This document shows positions 36,593 through 46,424 of a stretch of 64,000 nt of DNA, piece by piece. This stretch comes from Thermoplasmata archaeon. GTDB lineage: Archaea > Thermoplasmatota > SW-10-69-26 > JACQPN01 > JAJPHT01. The notes under the pieces were generated by a model. It was not told the origin of the DNA, made no database searches, and saw nothing but the letters and a program-made list of their open reading frames with translations. A program made the position numbers and the translations under genes. Position 1 is the first letter of the stretch. Each line of letters opens with the position of its first letter. Location: the NCBI GenBank assembly GCA_034667685.1, contig JAXDQU010000079.1:33891-97890 (forward strand), in the 5' to 3' direction.

Positions 36593-38688
36593 GGCGCCGC
36601 TTCCTGGGGCTCGTCGCGATCCTCCTGGCGGGCGGCGCGGGCGCGCTCTTCGGCCTCGCGGGGCACGCGGCGTTCCTGCTGGTGTCTCACAAGGCGCTCT
36701 CGCTCAACGGCGCCCTGCGCGCGCGCTGGGACACGGCGCGCCAGGCGTGGGTGCTGGGCGCGGCGCTCCTCTCGCTCCTGCTCGCGAGCAAGGCGGCCGG
36801 GCTCCTGCGCCTGCGCGACCTCGCGCGCGACATGCTCGGCGCCGCGGTGGGCGCGGGCGCGGGCTTCCTTCTCTACGCGCTTGGCTACGTCGCGGCGGGC
36901 CATCCCACGGGCGCGGCGGGCAGCTTCTATGCGATGGACTACTGGGGCGTGCTCGACACGCTCACCGTCGCGGAGCTCGTCGCGGCGATCCTGGGCGGCG
37001 TCGTGGGGCTCATCGTCATCCGCTTCGGCTGGAAGCTCTACGGGGTGCTCGCCTACGTCGCGTTCGTGAGCATCGTGGCGGGCTACTTCGCGTACGTGTT
37101 CAACGTCGCGCTCCCCAAGGTCCCGCTGCAGGCGCTGCCGTTCAGCATCTTCCTCCTGTGGGCCGAGGGGATGAGCCTCGCGATGGTCGTCGTGCACGCC
37201 TTCTACGGGCTCGACAACTTCGTGAAGCGCCGCTGGGAGCGCACGCCCGACAAGGTCGCGTTCAGCCGGCACTACCTGCCGCGCGTCGCGTTCCACTACG
37301 CGTGCTTCAACGAGCCGCCCGAGATCGTCTTCGACGCGCTCGCGCGCTTCAAGGAGCTGGACTATCCGAAGGACCGCTATCTCGTCATGGTGTGCGATGA
37401 CAGCACCGACGAGAGGTGCCGCGCGCCCGTCGAGCAGTTCTGCCGCGAGAACGGCTTCGTCTACGTCCACCGCACGGACCGGCGCGGCTTCAAGGCCGGC
37501 GCGCTGAACAACGCCCTGCGCCTCACGCCGCCCGACGTGGAGATCATCAGCGTCATCGACGCGGACTACCACCTGGAGCCCGAGTACCTGCGCGAGACGG
37601 TGGGCTACTTCATCGACGCGCGCCTCGGCTTCCTCCAGACGCCGCAGGATTACAGGAACGTCCACCAGTCGTTCCTCACGCGGCAATATTACTTTGCGGA
37701 CGGCTACTTCTACCGCGCCATCATGCCCAGCCGGAACGAGGCGAACGCGATCAGCTTCTGTGGCACGATGGGCATGGTGCGCCGCGAGGCGCTCGAAGGC
37801 GTCGGGGGCTGGGCCGAGAAGCACGTCACGGAGGACTGCGAGCTTTCGGTCCGGCTGCTCGACGCGGGCTGGCGCTCGCTCTTCATCCCGAAGACGTTCG
37901 GCAAGGGGCTCATCCCGCCCACCTACGACGCGTACAAGAAGCAGCACCACCGCTGGGCGTTCGGCGGCGCGAAGGTGCTCAAGGCCCACCTGGGGAAGCT
38001 CATCGGCCCCAGCGGGATGACGCTGCGCCAGCGCTTCGACTTCTTCATCTCCTGCCTGCAGTGGTTCGACGGCGTCTACACCGTCATCATCGCGGGCGCG
38101 GTCGCGGCCATCGCGATCGGCGAGATCCGCGGCCATCCGCTGGAGATCTACCACCAGAACGAGATCGCGCTCTTGGGCCTCGTGCCGATCTTCCTCCTGC
38201 TCGACGGCTTCGCGCGCCTGCACCTCGCGCTGCGCCGCTCGATGAACCTCTCGATGTGGGGCACGCTCAAGGTGATGGGCGTCTGGTACGCGATCAAGTT
38301 CGTCCACATGCGGGCCGCGCTGAAGGCCGCGCTCGGGTTCAAGGTGCCCTTCGTGCGCACGCCCAAGGCGCCCGCGGGGCGGCCCACCGCGAGCCAATCC
38401 TTCTGGCGCGCGATCCGCCTGACGCCCTTCGAGACGGGCTTCTTCCTCGTGCTCACGAGCATCAGCGTCGCGCTCTTCGCCATGAGCTGGGGCACGTGGG
38501 GCCTCTCGAAGGTGCTCCTGGAGGTGTGGGTCACGATGTACGCGCTCGTGTTCCTCGCGGCGCCGCTCTACGCGTACAAGTCGTTCCGGACCTTCGTGCC
38601 CGACGACGAGATGCCCACGCTGGCCGCCGGCTTCTCGCTGCGCCGCCGCTCCGCGCCCCCGAGCGTGGGGCGCGCGCCGGGGCCGTAG
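36589..38688 (+). CDS. Membrane-embedded family-2 glycosyltransferase (cellulose/hyaluronan-synthase-like processive GT2)
   Basis: DDSTD, DADY, TED and QHHRWAFG (QxxRW) motifs. Four or five N-terminal and several C-terminal TM helices. GTG start overlapping the V4R stop. Confidence 0.8.
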   Translation: MRRRFLGLVAILLAGGAGALFGLAGHAAFLLVSHKALSLNGALRARWDTARQAWVLGAALLSLLLASKAAGLLRLRDLARDMLGAAVGAGAGFLLYALGYVAAGHPTGAAGSFYAMDYWGVLDTLTVAELVAAILGGVVGLIVIRFGWKLYGVLAYVAFVSIVAGYFAYVFNVALPKVPLQALPFSIFLLWAEGMSLAMVVVHAFYGLDNFVKRRWERTPDKVAFSRHYLPRVAFHYACFNEPPEIVFDALARFKELDYPKDRYLVMVCDDSTDERCRAPVEQFCRENGFVYVHRTDRRGFKAGALNNALRLTPPDVEIISVIDADYHLEPEYLRETVGYFIDARLGFLQTPQDYRNVHQSFLTRQYYFADGYFYRAIMPSRNEANAISFCGTMGMVRREALEGVGGWAEKHVTEDCELSVRLLDAGWRSLFIPKTFGKGLIPPTYDAYKKQHHRWAFGGAKVLKAHLGKLIGPSGMTLRQRFDFFISCLQWFDGVYTVIIAGAVAAIAIGEIRGHPLEIYHQNEIALLGLVPIFLLLDGFARLHLALRRSMNLSMWGTLKVMGVWYAIKFVHMRAALKAALGFKVPFVRTPKAPAGRPTASQSFWRAIRLTPFETGFFLVLTSISVALFAMSWGTWGLSKVLLEVWVTMYALVFLAAPLYAYKSFRTFVPDDEMPTLAAGFSLRRRSAPPSVGRAPGP

Positions 38689-38773
38689 GCACGGACGTCA
38701 CGGCCGGAACGTTCCACTCCGTTCAACGAGCGATCCGAAACGCTTGCGGCCCCGTCCCGGTCTGGCCGCGTCC

Positions 38774-39331
38774 ATGCGAGGAATGCTTCTGGCCTTGGCC
38801 CTGCTCCTGCCGCTCGCGGGATGCGCGGCCCCTTCGACGACTCCGCAGCCCGACGTGGCGCCCGCCGCCGCCCCGCCGCCCGTGGACGCCGCCCCCACCC
38901 AGCCGCTCGCGTTCGAAGGCATGATGCCCGCCTACGCGGAGGCGTGCGGCTGGACCCCCGTCGTGGGCCAGTGCGCCGACGCGCCGCCCACCGCGGACTT
39001 CTCGAAGGCGATCTACGAGCCCGCGCTCAACGGCACGCCCGCCGCCGCGCGCGTGACGTTCACGTGGGAGGCCGCGTCGCCGGCGAACACGCAGATGACC
39101 GGCTTCATCCAGGATCGCAGCGACCAGGGCGTCGTGGACCTGGCGTACCTGACCGGCGCGTCGCCGCTGACGCTGGAGGTCAAGGACCTGCACCTGAAGG
39201 GCAAGCTCTCGTTCGTGCTCGCGGGGCCGCTGGAGAACACGCCGGACGGGCCGGGCGGCGCCGCGGCCAGCGAGAGCCCCGCGGACCAGCCCTGGAAGCT
39301 CGCGGGAAACGTCACGCTGGCGCCGCGGTGA
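38774..39331 (+). CDS. Lipoprotein, hypothetical
   Basis: MRGMLLALALLLPLAGC lipobox. Start at the internal Met of ORF 38744. Confidence 0.5.
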   Translation: MRGMLLALALLLPLAGCAAPSTTPQPDVAPAAAPPPVDAAPTQPLAFEGMMPAYAEACGWTPVVGQCADAPPTADFSKAIYEPALNGTPAAARVTFTWEAASPANTQMTGFIQDRSDQGVVDLAYLTGASPLTLEVKDLHLKGKLSFVLAGPLENTPDGPGGAAASESPADQPWKLAGNVTLAPR

Positions 39332-40385
39332 CGATCGCGCGCAGCGCGCGCTCCAGCACGCGCACGCTGCGCTCGAAGTCCGCGATCTCGATGCGCTCGT
39401 GGGGCGTGTGGTCCAGCGTGCTATCACCCGGGCCGTACGCGACGGTCGGGCACCTCCACACCGGCGCGAGCAGGTTCGCGTCCGAGGTGCCCGTCTTGCG
39501 CACGTAGCGGGGCGCCAGGCCCTCGTCGCGGATGGCGCCCACGAAGGCGCGCGTCAGGAGCGCGTTCTTCTCGCCCAACCACGCGGGCGCCCACTCGGGC
39601 ACGTCGAGCTTGGCGGCGGGCCCCGCGCGCTCGCGCAGGAAGCCCAGGAACGCGGGCGTGTCGAAGCCCGGCGGAGTGCGCGTGCTCCCCGAGAGCCTCG
39701 CGCGGACGCGCCCCGAAGGCAGCAGCTCCGTGTGGAACTCGTTGAGCTTCACGGTGGGCATCTCGAACATGCTATCACCGTGCCGCTGGCCGAGGTACAT
39801 CTGCACGGCGTGCCAGAAGGCGAGGCCGCGGTCCGGGACGCTGGGATGCGGCGCGCCGGTGTGCTGCAGGTCGTCCTCGACCTCGTAGCGGATCTTCACG
39901 ATCCCCTTGTAGCCCAGCGTGACGCCGTTCGTGCCAGAGGGCTCGCCGATGACGAGCGCCTCGGGGCGGTGCTTGTCCAGAAGATGTCGCGCGCCGTTCG
40001 ATGGTCCTTCCTCGTCGCACGCGCCCACCACGACGAGCCGGTGCGTGTCGCAGTCGAGGAAGCGCGCGGCGGCGCACGCGAAGGCGGCGAGCGGCCCCTT
40101 GGCGTCGACCGCGCCGCGCCCGTGGAGCCAACCCCCCTCGCGCCGCACGGGGAGCGGGGGCGCCACGGTGTCGATGTGGCCCACCAGGAGGATCTCGCGC
40201 GGCCCGCGCCCCGCGACGGCGACGGCGTTCCCGGCCGCGTCGCGATGCGCGGCAAGCCGGCGCGCGCGGCACGCATCCACGAACGCGGAGACGGCGCGCT
40301 CGGTGTCGCCCGTGACGCTGTCGACCGCGACGAGCGCGTGCAGAAGGTCCGCGTCCTCCACGAGGGGCGCGAGGCCGCGACCCAT
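39312..40385 (-). CDS. lysK: M20 family [LysW]-lysine/ornithine hydrolase (LysK / ArgE-like)
   Basis: LLVGHIDTV...GAVDAKG...DEEG metal-binding motifs of the ArgE/DapE family. It is the last gene of the LysW cluster. Confidence 0.75.
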   Translation of the reverse strand: MGRGLAPLVEDADLLHALVAVDSVTGDTERAVSAFVDACRARRLAAHRDAAGNAVAVAGRGPREILLVGHIDTVAPPLPVRREGGWLHGRGAVDAKGPLAAFACAAARFLDCDTHRLVVVGACDEEGPSNGARHLLDKHRPEALVIGEPSGTNGVTLGYKGIVKIRYEVEDDLQHTGAPHPSVPDRGLAFWHAVQMYLGQRHGDSMFEMPTVKLNEFHTELLPSGRVRARLSGSTRTPPGFDTPAFLGFLRERAGPAAKLDVPEWAPAWLGEKNALLTRAFVGAIRDEGLAPRYVRKTGTSDANLLAPVWRCPTVAYGPGDSTLDHTPHERIEIADFERSVRVLERALRAIVTAAPA

Positions 40386-40403
40386 GAAAACGTTGTCGCC
40401 GCG

Positions 40404-41042
40404 TCAAGCGGCGCTGGGCGCGCGGAAGGCCGCGAGCATCGCCACGAACGCCACGGCCAGAAGCACGGCGGCCCACGCGGGCGGCACGACGGTGGCGATC
40501 CACCCCAGGAGCGTGCCCAGGCCGGTCCACGCGCACGACCACACGACGCACGCCACCAGCGAGAGCACCAGGAACACGCCCGGCTCCATGCCGGCCTTGC
40601 CCGAGGCGTAGGCGAGGCGGGCGCGGTCGCGCGTCGAGAACTTCGCGGCCAGGAACCGCGAGAGCGGCGCGCGGGCCAGCCCGTCGCTCAGGTCGTCCAC
40701 GTCGAGCCCCGCGCGCCACCACGCGCCGTGCCGCCGCATCGTGCGCAGCGGGCGCAGGCGGTACCAGGCGTAGAACGCGACGTCCGAGAGGAACGCGCCG
40801 GCGAGCGCGGCCGCGAAGAGCGCGACGGAGGGCCCGCGCCACGCGGTCGCGATGCACGCCACGGCCGCGAAGCCGAGGTGGCCGGGCACGTAGCGCCCCC
40901 AGAGCGGCACCGCCTCCAGCGAGGCGACGAGGAAGAGGACGAGCGCGTAAGCCGCATCGGGGCCCCAGGCCGGGAACATCGTGCGCGTTGAGGCGCGGGG
41001 TGACATAAGCGCCTCGGTTTGGATGCGGACCGCAAAGCGCAC
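40404..41042 (-). CDS. DedA/VTT-domain membrane protein
   Basis: Hydrophobic helices with the SNARE-associated/DedA pattern. It sits inside the lys operon. Confidence 0.55.
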   Translation of the reverse strand: MRFAVRIQTEALMSPRASTRTMFPAWGPDAAYALVLFLVASLEAVPLWGRYVPGHLGFAAVACIATAWRGPSVALFAAALAGAFLSDVAFYAWYRLRPLRTMRRHGAWWRAGLDVDDLSDGLARAPLSRFLAAKFSTRDRARLAYASGKAGMEPGVFLVLSLVACVVWSCAWTGLGTLLGWIATVVPPAWAAVLLAVAFVAMLAAFRAPSAA

Positions 41043-41051
41043 CGGACGTGA

Positions 41052-42203
41052 TCAGGCACGCGCGGCCTTCGCCGTCGCCTCGACCGCGCGGTCCACCTGC
41101 GCTTCGTCCACGACCAGGGGCGGGAGATAGCGGATCGTCGTCGCCCCGGTGGGAAGGGTGAGCACGCCCTCGGCCATCAGCGCGTTGAGGACCGGCACGT
41201 TGCGGCTGCGCAGCTCCAGCCCGACCATCAGGCCGCGGCCGCGCACCTCGCGCGCCCCCTCGCCCGCCGCGCGCGCCAGGCCGTCCAGGAGGCGCGGGCC
41301 CAGCTTCGCGGCGCGCTCGGCGAGACGCTCCTCGGCGATGACATCAAGGACCGCGAGGCCGGCCGCGCAGGCGAGCGGCGAGCCGCCGAACGTGTTGCCG
41401 TGCGCGCCGGTGGGCAGCTTCGCGGCGTCGTCGGTCAGGAGCACGCCGCCCATCGGGATGCCCGCCGCGACGCTCTTCGCGAAGCAGAGGATATCAGGGG
41501 CGACGTTCTCCTGCTGGCAGGCCCAGAAGCTGCCGGTGCGCGCGAAGCCCGTCTGGATCTCGTCGAGGACGAGCAGCGCGCCGGCATCGTGCGCGATGTC
41601 GGCCGCCGCGCGCAGGTAGCCGGGCGGAGGGACCTGCACGCCGCCCTCGCCCTGGATCGGCTCGAGGACCACGGCGGCGGTCTGCGACGTGACGGCGGAC
41701 TTCAGCTCCTCCTCGCTCCCGTACGTGACGTGCGTCACCGGCTCCAGGAGCGGGAGGAACGGCTCGCGGTACTCCGCCTTGTGCGTGAGCGAGAGCGCGC
41801 CGAACGTCCGGCCGTGGAACGCGCGCTTCGTGGCGACGAACCCGCTGCGGCGCGTCGTGCCGCGGGCGAACTTGAGCGCAGCCTCGATGGCCTCCGTCCC
41901 GCTGTTCGCCAGGAAAGCACGCTCCAACCCACGCGGCGCGGTGGCGACGAGGCGCTCCAGGAAGAGCGCGCGCTGGTCGTTGTGGTACGTCTGGGGCAAG
42001 CCGATCAGCCGCCCCGCCTGCTCGCGGATCGCCTCGACGACCTTCGGGTGGCAGTGGCCCACGTTGCCCACGCCGTAGTTCGCGCCGAAGTCGAGGTACT
42101 CCCGCCCCTCCGCGTCCCACAGCCGCGCCCCCGCGCCGCGCATGATGCTGATGGGGCGCTTGGGGAAGACGCCCGACTCGCGGCGCTGCTCGATCGCCTT
42201 CAT
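41052..42203 (-). CDS. lysJ: Class III aminotransferase, [LysW]-aminoadipate semialdehyde / acetylornithine aminotransferase
   Basis: LDFGANYGVGNVGHCHP...LVLDEIQTGFARTG...FAKSVAAG (PLP lysine). Start MKAIEQ at 42203. Confidence 0.9.
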   Translation of the reverse strand: MKAIEQRRESGVFPKRPISIMRGAGARLWDAEGREYLDFGANYGVGNVGHCHPKVVEAIREQAGRLIGLPQTYHNDQRALFLERLVATAPRGLERAFLANSGTEAIEAALKFARGTTRRSGFVATKRAFHGRTFGALSLTHKAEYREPFLPLLEPVTHVTYGSEEELKSAVTSQTAAVVLEPIQGEGGVQVPPPGYLRAAADIAHDAGALLVLDEIQTGFARTGSFWACQQENVAPDILCFAKSVAAGIPMGGVLLTDDAAKLPTGAHGNTFGGSPLACAAGLAVLDVIAEERLAERAAKLGPRLLDGLARAAGEGAREVRGRGLMVGLELRSRNVPVLNALMAEGVLTLPTGATTIRYLPPLVVDEAQVDRAVEATAKAARA

Positions 42204-42214
42204 CTGGTCGGTGC

Positions 42215-43015
42215 TCAGCAAACGTGCGTGCCTCCTCCCTGGAGCGCGGCCGTGACGGGCGCGGCCGTGTTGGCCGTGGCGAAGACGATCCGCGGCACGC
42301 CAAGGTCGAGCGCCTCGCGCGCGCCGAGGATCTTCTTCTTGAAGCGCCCCTGCGCGAAGCCCTCGTAGCTCGCCAGCTCCGCGACAGGGATCGTGGGGAT
42401 GAGGGAGGCGGGATCGGCGACGTCGCGCAGCAGGCCGGCGACGTTGCTGAGGATCAGCAGGTGGCTCGCCCCGAGCGCGCCCGCGATCGCGGCGGCCGCG
42501 CGGTCCGCGTCGGCGTTCACGGCCTCGCCCGCGGTGCTGATGGCGGGCACGGTGACCACCGGGAGATAGCCGTTTGATAGCAGCAGCCGCAGCAGGCCCG
42601 CGTTCACCGTCTCGATGGTGCCGGTGTGGTCGCCGCGCAGCATGACCTTCTTGCCGTCCACGACGGCCTTGATCGCCTCCTTGCGCTGGCCTTCGAGCAG
42701 GCGCCCGTCGACGCCCGTGAGCCCGACCGCGTTGCAGCCGCGCTTCTGGAGCGACTCGACGACGCGCAGGTTGAGCTTGCCGCTCGCCATCGCGAACGCG
42801 TCGAGCGTCGCCGCGTCGGTGAAGCGCGAGACGTGGCCGCTCGCGGACGTCACGAAGCGCGGCGGGATGCCGAGCTTCTCCGAAAGCTGGTTCGTCTCGT
42901 CGCTCGCGCCATGCACGAGGACGACGCGCTCGCCGTCCTTCCACATCTGTGCGACGTCGGCGAGGACGGCCTCGACGTCGATGCCGGCGCCGCCGCCCAC
43001 TTTCACGACGATCAT
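42215..43015 (-). CDS. lysZ: [LysW]-aminoadipate/glutamate kinase (amino-acid kinase family)
   Basis: MIVVKVGGGAGID...VLVHGASDE...VNADADRAAAAIAGAL. Confidence 0.85.
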   Translation of the reverse strand: MIVVKVGGGAGIDVEAVLADVAQMWKDGERVVLVHGASDETNQLSEKLGIPPRFVTSASGHVSRFTDAATLDAFAMASGKLNLRVVESLQKRGCNAVGLTGVDGRLLEGQRKEAIKAVVDGKKVMLRGDHTGTIETVNAGLLRLLLSNGYLPVVTVPAISTAGEAVNADADRAAAAIAGALGASHLLILSNVAGLLRDVADPASLIPTIPVAELASYEGFAQGRFKKKILGAREALDLGVPRIVFATANTAAPVTAALQGGGTHVC

Positions 43016-43036
43016 GACGTCGCCCTCCGACCCAGT

Positions 43037-43127
43037 GCTCCGCATGCGGAGACGCGGTGCGCCGCGGAGGTCGCGGAGTCCGAGAGGCGCCGCGGTCCCC
43101 GCGCGCTCCGCGTCGCCGCATGCGGAG
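43037..43127. repeat. Palindromic element of the CTCCGCATGCGGAG family (copy 2), inserted in the lysY-lysZ intergenic spacer
   Basis: gctccgcatgcggagacgcggtgcgccgcggaggtcgcggagtcc...gcgctccgcgtcgccgcatgcggagc. The first 20 nt are identical to the 25394 copy. Confidence 0.7.
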
Positions 43128-43148
43128 CCGCGAAGCGTGGAAGCGCGC

Positions 43149-44189
43149 TCATGGATGCAACCCCGTGAGGTCGCCCAGGCCGGTCGTCTCGGGCAGCCCG
43201 AACGCGACGTTGAAGTTCTGGATCGCGGCGCCCGCCGTGCCCTTGCACAGGTTGTCCAGCGCGCCGAGCACCACGAGGCGGTTCGTCTCGGGGTCGAGCT
43301 CGAAGCCGACGTGGAACTCGTTCGTGCCCGCGAGGAGCTTCGGCTCGGGGTAGCGGTACAGGCCGGTCCGCTCCTTCACGATGCGCACGAAGGGCTCGTT
43401 CTGATAGCTCGCGCGGAACGCCCTCCAGACGTCCTTCTCGGTGACGCCCGGGCGGACCCACACGTGGCTCGTGGCGAGGATGCCGCGCACCAGTTCGATC
43501 GCGTGGCACGAGAGGCCCGCGCGCAGGCCCGTCTCCTGGAGGATCTCCGCCTCGTGGCGGTGCCCGGCCGGAGCGTAGGGGCGCACGACGTCGCGCCGCT
43601 CGGGGTGGTGCGTCGAGGGGCTCGCCTCGGCGCCCGCGGCGCTGCTGCCGACCTTCGCGTCCACGACGACGGGCATCCCATCCTGGAGCAGGCCGCGGAT
43701 CGGCGCGAGCGAGAGGATCGCGGTCGTGGCGATGCAGCCCGCGCCGCTGACGAGCCTCGCGCCGCGGATCTCGTCGCGGTGCAATTCGGCGATGCCGTAG
43801 GCGCGCTGCGCGAGAAGCTCGGGGTGCGGGTGCTGCCAGCCCTTGTAGTGCTTCGCGTACGCCTCGACGTCGCGCAGGCGGAAGTCGGCGCTCAGGTCGA
43901 ACACGCGGTCCGCGGCCTTGAGGTACTGCGTGATCGCCGGCGCGCTCGTGCCGTGCGGGCCGCAGAGGAACACCGCATCGACGTTGCGCGTCAGCGCGTC
44001 CTCGTGCCGGTGGAACGTCATCTCCGGCGCCGGGCCGCGCAGGTTCGGGTGGACCGTCTTGACCTTCTCGCCCGCGAATCGGTTGCTCGTGGCGTACGCG
44101 ACCTCGATCTCGGGGTGCCGGAGCGCGAGGCGCAGCAGTTCGCCGCCGCCGTAGCCGCTCGCGCCGACGATGCCGATCTTGAACGTCAT
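43149..44189 (-). CDS. lysY: [LysW]-aminoadipyl-phosphate / N-acetyl-gamma-glutamyl-phosphate reductase
   Basis: [21 protein letters not shown]...SGAGCIATT (catalytic Cys). Confidence 0.9.
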   Translation of the reverse strand: MTFKIGIVGASGYGGGELLRLALRHPEIEVAYATSNRFAGEKVKTVHPNLRGPAPEMTFHRHEDALTRNVDAVFLCGPHGTSAPAITQYLKAADRVFDLSADFRLRDVEAYAKHYKGWQHPHPELLAQRAYGIAELHRDEIRGARLVSGAGCIATTAILSLAPIRGLLQDGMPVVVDAKVGSSAAGAEASPSTHHPERRDVVRPYAPAGHRHEAEILQETGLRAGLSCHAIELVRGILATSHVWVRPGVTEKDVWRAFRASYQNEPFVRIVKERTGLYRYPEPKLLAGTNEFHVGFELDPETNRLVVLGALDNLCKGTAGAAIQNFNVAFGLPETTGLGDLTGLHP

Positions 44190-45040
44190 CGCTTCGCCAC
44201 CTCGACCACGTGGTCGATGATGTGGCCCGGGATGTCGACGCCGGTGGGCGCGACGCTGTTCTTGAACTCCATCGTGTGGTTGACCTCGTGGCACGTCAGG
44301 CCATCCGCGGTCTCCATGAGGTCCATCGCCAACACGCCACCGCCCACGGCGCGGGCCGCGCGCTCGCAGATGTCCTGGATCTCGGGCGTCACGGGGCAGT
44401 TGCTCGCGCGGCCGCCCTGCGCGGTGTTGGTGATGAAGTGCTGGTCGTTGGTGCGGTAGATCGCCGCGACGACGCGGTCGCCGACCCAGAACGCCCGGAT
44501 GTCACGGCCCGGCTTGTCGACGTACTCCTGCGCGTAGGTGATGCCGTGCTGCACGGAGCCCAGCACGCGCTTGTGCTCCAGGAGGGCGAGCGCCGTCTCG
44601 CGGTCGGGCGCCTTCGCAATGAGCCGGCCCCACGAGCCCACGGTGGGCTTGAGCACGGCGGGATAGCCCGCGGACTCGACGGCGCGCAGGCTGCTCTCCT
44701 CCTCGAACGCGAGGTACGTGCGCGGCGTGGGCACGCCGGCGCGCGCGAGGAGCATGCTTGTTAGCGCCTTGTCGCCGCAGTTGACCAGCACGTCGTGCGG
44801 GTTCACGCAGCGCATGCCGTAGCTCTGGAGCGCCATCGTGACGTAGTGGCTCGCGTAGTACGAGATGCCGCGCTCCAGGAAGGCGTCGAAGCCGAGCAGC
44901 TCCTTCGGCGGCTCGTGCACCGGCAGGACCAGCTCGCGGTCGTCGATGGGCACCAGCTCCACGCCGCGCTGGGCGGCGGCGTCCATGAGCATCTTCTCGT
45001 CGTTGCGGATGCGGCTCCAGATCAGGCCGATGCGGACCAT
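44186..45040 (-). CDS. lysX: RimK-family ATP-grasp ligase LysX (alpha-aminoadipate--LysW ligase)
   Basis: Full-length ATP-grasp of the RimK/LysX type: [22 protein letters not shown]...[12 protein letters not shown]. Confidence 0.85.
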   Translation of the reverse strand: MVRIGLIWSRIRNDEKMLMDAAAQRGVELVPIDDRELVLPVHEPPKELLGFDAFLERGISYYASHYVTMALQSYGMRCVNPHDVLVNCGDKALTSMLLARAGVPTPRTYLAFEEESSLRAVESAGYPAVLKPTVGSWGRLIAKAPDRETALALLEHKRVLGSVQHGITYAQEYVDKPGRDIRAFWVGDRVVAAIYRTNDQHFITNTAQGGRASNCPVTPEIQDICERAARAVGGGVLAMDLMETADGLTCHEVNHTMEFKNSVAPTGVDIPGHIIDHVVEVAKR

Positions 45041-46183
45041 TCAGATCACCTTCACAAGCTCGCGCATGGCGCAGAGGTCCTCGTGGATCCTCCTGAGATC
45101 GTCGTCGCTCGCGTCGTTGACGTGGCGGCGCTTGACGTAGGCGAGCACGAGGTCCACGATCTCGTCGCTCGCGTCCAGGCCCAGCGCCTCCAGGCGGTGC
45201 TTCACGGTGGGGCGCCCCGCCATCTTGTCGACCACGAGCCTCCGGGTGCGGCCGACGAGGTCGGCGGGGATGCTCTCGTAGTGCTGCGGGTTGAGCAGCA
45301 CCGCCGCGACGTGGAGCCCCGCGTTGTGCGTGAACGCGTTCGCGCCGACGATGGGCGCCTGCCGCCACGTCGGGATGCCGCTGGCGCGCTCCACCTGCTC
45401 CGAGAGCGCGGGGAGGCGCTCCAGCCTCCAGTTTGCCTCCACCTCCCCGCGCAACCGGAGCGCCACCGCCATCTCCGCCAGGGGCGCGATGCCGGTGCGC
45501 TCGCCCAGGCCGTTGACCGTGACGTCGACGACGCTCGCGCCGGCCTCCACGGCGGCGAACGAGTTGGCGACGGCCATGCCCAGGTCGTTGTGGCAGTGGA
45601 CGCCGATCGCGGTCCGGCTCGGCACGGCCTCCCGCAGCGCCGAGACGAAGCTGAACATGCGCGAAGGCGTCATGTGCCCGGTGGTGTCCGCGACCCCGAT
45701 GCGGTCCGCGCCGGCCTCCGAGGCGGCGTTCGAGATGCGGATCACCTTCGCCAGGTCGGAGCGCACCGTGTCCTCGGGCGTGTAGCGCACCTTCAGGCCG
45801 TGGGCCTTCGCGTACGCCACGCAGTCCTGGATCAGCGAGATCGCCTGGTCGATGTCCTTGCGGAACTGCTCCTCCAGGCGCTTGTCCGCGACGCTGAAGA
45901 AGATGCCGACCCAGTCCGCCTCCGTCTTGAGGACCAGGTCGATATCACTCTTCAGCGCGCGCGAGTGCGCCACGATCTCCGCGTCGAGGCCCAGCCGCGC
46001 GACCTCCCGCGTCGCGCGGAAGACCTCGTCGGAGACCGCGGGGTGCCCCGCCTCGATGAAGTCGATGCCGAACGCGTCCAGCTCCCGCGCGATGGCGAGC
46101 TTCTGCTCCAGCGTGAACGACACGCCGGGCGTCTGCTCGCCCTCACGCAGGGTGCTATCAAGGAGCTGGACGCGCCGCGCCAT
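45041..46183 (-). CDS. Homocitrate synthase (HCS / 2-isopropylmalate synthase family)
   Basis: LLDSTLREGEQTPGV...HCHNDLGMAVANS. The LysW cluster context favours homocitrate over isopropylmalate synthase. Confidence 0.8.
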   Translation of the reverse strand: MARRVQLLDSTLREGEQTPGVSFTLEQKLAIARELDAFGIDFIEAGHPAVSDEVFRATREVARLGLDAEIVAHSRALKSDIDLVLKTEADWVGIFFSVADKRLEEQFRKDIDQAISLIQDCVAYAKAHGLKVRYTPEDTVRSDLAKVIRISNAASEAGADRIGVADTTGHMTPSRMFSFVSALREAVPSRTAIGVHCHNDLGMAVANSFAAVEAGASVVDVTVNGLGERTGIAPLAEMAVALRLRGEVEANWRLERLPALSEQVERASGIPTWRQAPIVGANAFTHNAGLHVAAVLLNPQHYESIPADLVGRTRRLVVDKMAGRPTVKHRLEALGLDASDEIVDLVLAYVKRRHVNDASDDDLRRIHEDLCAMRELVKVI

Positions 46184-46184
46184 C

Positions 46185-46346
46185 CTACTCGCCCCAGTCC
46201 TCGGCGACCTCGGGAGCGGGCTCCAGGGTGATCGGCGTCAGGTTGCGGACCTCCAGCTCGAGGCCGCAGTCGGGGCAGTCGACGATCTCGCCGACGACGG
46301 GGTTGCGCAGCGCGATGTCGGCGCCGCAGTCTAGGCATTCGGTCAT
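46185..46346 (-). CDS. lysW: LysW amino-group carrier protein, 53 aa. Absent from the ORF track because it is under 60 aa
   Basis: Manual translation gives MTECLDCGADIALRNPVVGEIVDCPDCGLELEVRNLTPITLEPAPEVAEDWGE: a zinc ribbon with two CxxC pairs and the C-terminal acidic EDWGE tail that carries the substrate. Confidence 0.8.
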   Translation of the reverse strand: MTECLDCGADIALRNPVVGEIVDCPDCGLELEVRNLTPITLEPAPEVAEDWGE

Positions 46347-46424
46347 GGGCACACCGGTCGACGGATTTCGCAGCCATGTTGCTGGAATCCGACTTGCGAG
46401 GCGCCGAAAGCGTAGGCTCGATAT

